DNA of 64,000 bases from the human T2T-CHM13v2.0 reference genome, Homo sapiens, in NCBI RefSeq assembly GCF_009914755.1, contig NC_060936.1, one strand, 5' to 3'. Shown here one piece after another: positions 58,759-64,000 of this stretch. Below the pieces are notes generated by a model, which had not been told where the DNA came from, searched no databases, and saw nothing but the letters and a program-made list of their open reading frames with translations. Made by a program: the position numbers and the translations under genes. Positions within the stretch are counted from its first letter, which is position 1, and every line of letters begins with the position of its first letter.

Positions 58759-61153
58759 TGAATTGGCACTTTGATCATTATAAAATATTTGTCTCTGGCA
58801 ATACCATTTGTCCTAAAGTCTATTTTATCTGATACTAAAGTTTTCACTTCAGCTTTTGTATGTATACTGTGTGTATGGTAGATCTTTTCCATCCATGTGT
58901 ATATCTTTTTCTGTCTATATGTGCCTGTATATTTGAGGTTTATTTCAAAGTATAGTTGAGTTTTGCTTTGTTATATGCTCTATCAATCTCTATCTTTAAT
59001 TGGTGTATTTAGAACATGACCATTTAATATAATTATTGATATGGTTTGGTTTAGGTCTACCATTTTATTATTTCTTATATGTTCCCACTGACTTCATTCC
59101 TTTGTTCTCCTTTTCCTGCATTCTTTGAGATTTTTGAATATTTTTAATGTTCCAATTTAACTTATTTATTGATATTCTGTCTATATACTTTGTTTGACAC
59201 AATATAATCTACAGTTGCTCAAAAACACAGCAGACAGTGTTGTCATTTTTGCTTTAAAGAGTTATTATACATATCTTAAAGAATTTAAGAGTAAAAAATA
59301 ATATTTTCTATTTAGTCAGATATATTTAACACTTCTGTTCTTTCTTCATGCCTGATGACAAACATTTCCCTCTGATATTATGCCTCTTCTCCCTGAATAA
59401 ATTATTTAAAAATTTCTTGTAGACTATGCTAACAACATATTATCTTATTTTACCTTTATTTGAGTATATTTTTATCAGTTTTAAAATTTATAACTATTTC
59501 TTTAATTTGTAATTTTGTAACACAAACATTATCTCTAAATATTGTAGTTTCAATTTATTTTAAACTAACTTAAATAAATAAGATAATACATTTTAAATTT
59601 TGAGCATCTTTCACTCAATATTATGTTGCTTATATTTATCCAGTTGTTAATTTTATCATCTAGCATTCCATCAATGAATGTATAGCATTTATTAATTCAT
59701 TCTACTATTGACAGATATTAGAGTTCTTTCCAGTTTGAGGCTATTATGAATAATTCTGCTTTGAACATTTTTGTACATATTTATTGGTGCTCATATATAT
59801 GTATTTCTGTTGGGTATATACCTATGAGTGGAATTTCTGGATCATAAGGTATGCATATTTTGAACACTAGTATGTAATATCTAATTATTATCTAAAGTGT
59901 TTGGACTAATTTACATTCCCACCAGCAATGTAGAAGAATTTGGATTACTTCATATTCTCAACAACACTTGGATTGTTAAGAATATGTAGCAACCCAAATT
60001 CTCCGTAACATAATCTCAGTAGCACTTGATATTGTCACCCTAGATTCAGCTTATTCCATTGGGTATGAAGTGTTATCTGGTTTGTTTGCATTAATAAAAT
60101 TTAGTTTTTAGAGCAGTTTCAGGTTCATATTAAAATTGAGTGGAAAGAATATAGAGTTCTTATATACTTCCTGTCCCCACACACACACACAACTCCCCCT
60201 CCACTACCAATATGTAGCATTGAATGCATATATTAGAAAAGAAGTTTCTTCTTCTGTATTTAATGCTATAAATTTCTCTCTCAGCACTGCATCCCACAAA
60301 TTTTGATAATTTGTATTTTCATTTTCATTTAATTCAAAATATTTTTGAAATTTCTCTCCAGATTTATTCTTTGGCCCATGTGTTCCATTCTTATCCAGTT
60401 GATTGATGGTGCTATTGAGCTGAATCATGTTTTTACTGATTTTCTTTCTGCTAGATCTGTCCATTTCTATTATAGGAGTGTAAAAGTCTACAAATATAAT
60501 GGTAGTTTTATCAATTTCTCCTTACAGTTCTATCAGTTTTGCCTCATGTATTTTGATGCTCTGTTTTTGGGCACATACCCATTAAGGATTGTTATGTCTT
60601 CTCAGAGTATTAACCCCTTTGTCATTATCTAATGCCTCTCTTTTTTTTTGGTAATTTTTCTGCTCTAAATTAACATAGCTACTCCCACTTTATTTTTATT
60701 AGTAATAGTATGGTAAATATTTCTCCATCCTTTTATTTTTAATGTGCATATGTCTTCATATTTGAAGGGAGTTTCTCATAAACAACATATAGTTGGAAAC
60801 TCCTTTTTTTATCTGCTCTGGCAATCCATGTCTTTTATTGTCATCTTTGTTCCTATTTTTTTTTCTGTACTTTTTCTTCCTTTTATGGTCTTAATTGAGA
60901 ATTTTATATGATTCCATTTTCTCTCCTTTCTTAATATATCAAGTATACTTATTTTTAAACTTTCTTTCGTGGTTTCCTTAGAGTTTGCAATACATATTTA
61001 CAACTAATTGAAGTCCACTTTCAAATAACATTATACCACTTCACAGGTAGTACAAGTATCTTATATAGCAAAATATTCCTAATTTCTCTCTCCCATTCCT
61101 TGTATAATTGTTGTTATTCATTTTACTTATGCATAAACATTCACGTGTTCACT

Positions 61154-61155
<2 letters not shown>
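58759..61155 (-). mobile_element. Mosaic of old L1 fragments (L1ME/L1MD-type)
   Basis: Antisense ORF2 endonuclease remnants (VSDKIDFRT..., QLNSTINQLD, YFELNENENTNYQNLWDA) plus 3'-end fragments at ~59600-60210. Confidence 0.7.

Positions 61156-61157
<2 letters not shown>

Positions 61158-61203
<46 letters not shown>
61158..61203. repeat. (TG)~23 microsatellite
   Basis: Perfect TG run. Confidence 0.97.
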
Positions 61204-61204
<1 letters not shown>

Positions 61205-61254
61205 CTATATAATTTCCAACAAAGCCCTTGAATTTTTATTTGTCCTTCAACTTC

Positions 61255-62430
61255 AAGGACAGTTCCACAGGGTACATAATTCTAGATTGGTGGCTTTTTT
61301 CTCTAAACATTTTAAATATTCTACTCTAATCTCTTCTTGCTTGCATAGTTTCTGAGGGGAAGTTGGGTGTAATTCTTAGCTTTGCTCTGCCAAAGACAAA
61401 GTGTTTCTCCTCTGGATTTTTGGAATATTTTTTATTTACCTTTGATTTTTCTGTAATTTGAATATTACATGCCCAAGTGTAGTTATTGCTGGAGGGTGGG
61501 GTGTGGGTGCTTATCCTGCTTGATATTTTCTGAGCTTCCTAGATCTACGGTTTTGTGTCTGGCATTAATTTGGAAAAATTCTCAGTCATTATTATTTTAA
61601 ATATTGCTTCTGTTCTTTTCTCTCTTTCTTGTCTTTCTAGTATATTCATTATGCATATATTAAACCTTTTTTGTTGCCCCACAGTTTTTGGATATTTTAG
61701 GGTTTTTCTGGCTCTTTCTCTTTGCTTTTCAGTTTGGGAAGTTTCTATTATCATATTCTCAAGCTCAGCAATTCTTTGCTCAGCCATGTTCAACCTACTA
61801 ATCAGTTCATCAAAGGGATATTTTTATTTCTGCTACTGTGTTTTATCTCCAGCATTTCTTTTTGATTCTTTCTTAGAATTTCCATTTCTCTGTTGCCCAG
61901 GCTAAAGTGCAGTGGTATGATATCACAGCTCACTGCAACCTCTGCCTCCCAGTTTCAAGCGATTCTCATGCCTCAGCTTCCTGAATAGCTGGGATTACAG
62001 GCACATGCCACCACACCTGGCTAATTTTTGTATTTTAGTAGAGACGGAGTTTTGCCATGTTAGCCAGGCTGGTTTTGAACGGGCCTCAAACGATCCACCC
62101 ACCTCAGCCTCTCAAAGTGTTGAGATTACAGGTGTGAGCCACCATGCCCATTCTCGCTCCTTATGTTATTTATCTATTATATTGTCATTAAAGTTCTTAG
62201 CACATTAATTACAGATTTTAAAACTTTTTTATTAGATAATTTCAACATTCCTGCTATATCTAACTCTGATTCTGATGCTTCCTCCATCTCTTTAAACTGC
62301 ATTGAGTGGGGGTTGGCTTTTAGTGTGCATTGTAACCTTTTGTCGAAAGGTGGACATGACATACTAGGTGAAAGGAACTCTGGTAAATAAGCCTTTAGTA
62401 ATATGTTGATAACATGTGTTGGGAGGGGAA
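61255..62430 (-). mobile_element. Old L1 ORF1 region
   Basis: Minus-strand ORF 61545-61793 (AEQRIAELE...EAIFKIIMTENFSKLM) resembles ORF1p. Confidence 0.8.
61888..62150 (-). mobile_element. Alu (S-type) lacking polyA tail and 3' terminus
   Basis: Begins ctctgttgcccaggct with no polyT; ends gagccaccatgccca. Confidence 0.9.
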
Positions 62431-62431
62431 G

Positions 62432-62786
62432 TGTATTCATCTGTTCTCACACTGCTAATAAAGACATACCCAAGACAGGGTAATTTTTAAAGGAAAGAGG
62501 TTTAATGGGCTCACAGTTCCACATGGCTGAGGAGGCCTTACAATCATGACAGAAGGCAAAGGAAAGACAAAGTCATGTCTTACATGGCGGCAGGCAAGGG
62601 AGCTTGTGCAGGGGAACTCCCATTTATAAAACCATCAGATCTTGAGAGATCATTCACTACCATGAGAATAGTATGAGAGAAACTGTCTTCATGATTCAAT
62701 TATCTCCACCTCACCCAGCCCTTGACACGTGGGGATTATTATAATTCAAGGTGAGATTTGGGTGGGGACACAGCCAAACCATATTA
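62432..62786 (-). mobile_element. THE1 (MaLR) solo LTR
   Basis: tgtatt...cacactgctaataaagacatacccaagac...ggggacacagccaaaccatatta; 5-bp TSD ggaag at 62427-62431 and 62787-62791. Confidence 0.95.
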
Positions 62787-62791
62787 GGAAG

Positions 62792-63555
62792 CATTCTATA
62801 GTCCTATGATAAGGTGTCAGTCTTTTGGTAAGGCTGTGCCCCTGGACTGTGAACTTCATCAGTACTTCACAGTTTTTACCCTGCTAGATGGGATATGATG
62901 GCTAGAGGAAGCCCGACTTGGATATTTCCCTTCTCCCATGTGTAAAGCTAAAGGGAGTTGAAGTTGAGTATTTCCTTTCCCTATGTGGAAGGCTACAGCT
63001 GGCTGGAGCTGGGTATTTCCCTTCCCAAAGGGAGGTTTAGGCTCTGAAAAAAAAACCCCAGCAGAGTAGGCTGTGGTAAAATAGTTTCTCTTGAGGACAA
63101 GATTTGCTAAAAACAGAATGCTCAAGTGTATTTCAAAATGGTTCTTTTTCCCCTCCTCCTATTAGATGTGTGAGAGGATTTTTCTCCAATATACACTGTA
63201 AGGACGTGGCAGAGTTCCTGCAAGTAAAATTCACAAAATCATGGAGGCCTCCTTATGACTGGGTCTTCTGGAGTTCTTAACTCAGACTTGTTCACACTCA
63301 GCCTCCAGTAATTCATGAAATACAATTCAAGTTTTCATACCCTGGCACTGGTTCCCTCAGAGATTTCTGCCTCATGGGTTTCTTCTACTCCAGTAAATTG
63401 TGATGATAGGTGTTTACCTGTCTGTCTCTCCAATTTGGAAAGTGGCATTTTTCTGTGGCCTCACTTCCCTGATAGATCTAAGAAATGGTTGTTGATTTTT
63501 CCGTTTGTTTAGCTTTTACTTGTCAGAATGAAGCTGGAATAGAGACCAGAAGTTT
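62792..63555 (-). mobile_element. Old L1 (L1MD-like) 5' region with ~42-bp tandem units at ~62900-63030
   Basis: Three degenerate copies of ..tgg(a/g)tatttccc(t)tccc..; ORF track shows repeated GKGNTQLQ. Confidence 0.55.
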
Positions 63556-63559
63556 CCTA

Positions 63560-64000
63560 TTTTACCTGTATCTTTAAAGGATATTTTCACTGGCTGTAAA
63601 AGTCTAGGTTGGCTGTTCTTTTCTTTCAGTACTTTAAAGATGTTATCGCACTGTCTTCTGATCTCCCAGGTTTTAAATGAGCAACATGCCATTGTTCAAA
63701 TCCTTGCTCCTTTGTATGTATGAAATGTAACCTTTAAAGAAAAAAAAAGTACTTATAAGATTAAAAGAAAATCTTTGGTTTCCTGCATTTTTAGTATTAT
63801 TTGTTTAAATTTGATTTTTTAAAATTTATCTGGTTTGTGGATCTGCTGAACTTAAATATGTACATTTTTATCTTTCACAAATTTGGAAAACTCCAAGCCA
63901 TTATTTTTCAAATATATTTTTTTATCATCCCATTCTCTTTCTCCTCTCCTTCTGGAACTCCTATTGCATGTACATTAGACCTTTTTATACTGTCACGTTT
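63560..64000 (-). mobile_element. Old L1ME-type ORF1 region
   Basis: aaggatattttcactggctgtaaaagtctaggttggc...ttctttcagtactttaaagatgtt, ccattatttttcaaatat. Confidence 0.7.

Noticed and set aside
62859-63125. Repeated GKGNTQLQ peptide or CRISPR-like spaced repeats
   Set aside because: Degenerate tandem units within an old L1 5' region; eukaryotic context, no unique spacers, no cas genes

Overview
This is AT-rich primate (human-like) genomic DNA that looks intronic or intergenic. I can support no intact protein-coding gene. The main gene-derived feature is a full-length processed pseudogene of THAP12 (PRKRIR, a domesticated THAP/hAT-type transposase gene) on the minus strand at 5043-8702. It has a perfect 15-bp TSD, a polyA signal and tail, a CpG-rich 5' end and an Alu inserted later into its 3' UTR. 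The rest is Alu, L2, MIR, MaLR/ERV LTR and MER5 remnants, plus a ~25-kb nested LINE-1 cluster (about 38.9-64 kb). The most interesting structures are in that cluster: an L1PA3-like insertion carrying a ~700-bp 3' transduction inside one TSD pair, a twin-primed L1PA2-like inversion, two old L1s with 5' UTR fused directly to ORF2 (one possibly spliced, one with a fold-back junction), and atypical Alu insertions. Several template-switch-like palindromes also occur. Subfamily names come from recalled diagnostic motifs, and the boundaries of old repeats are approximate. I see no evidence of a wholly new biological system.
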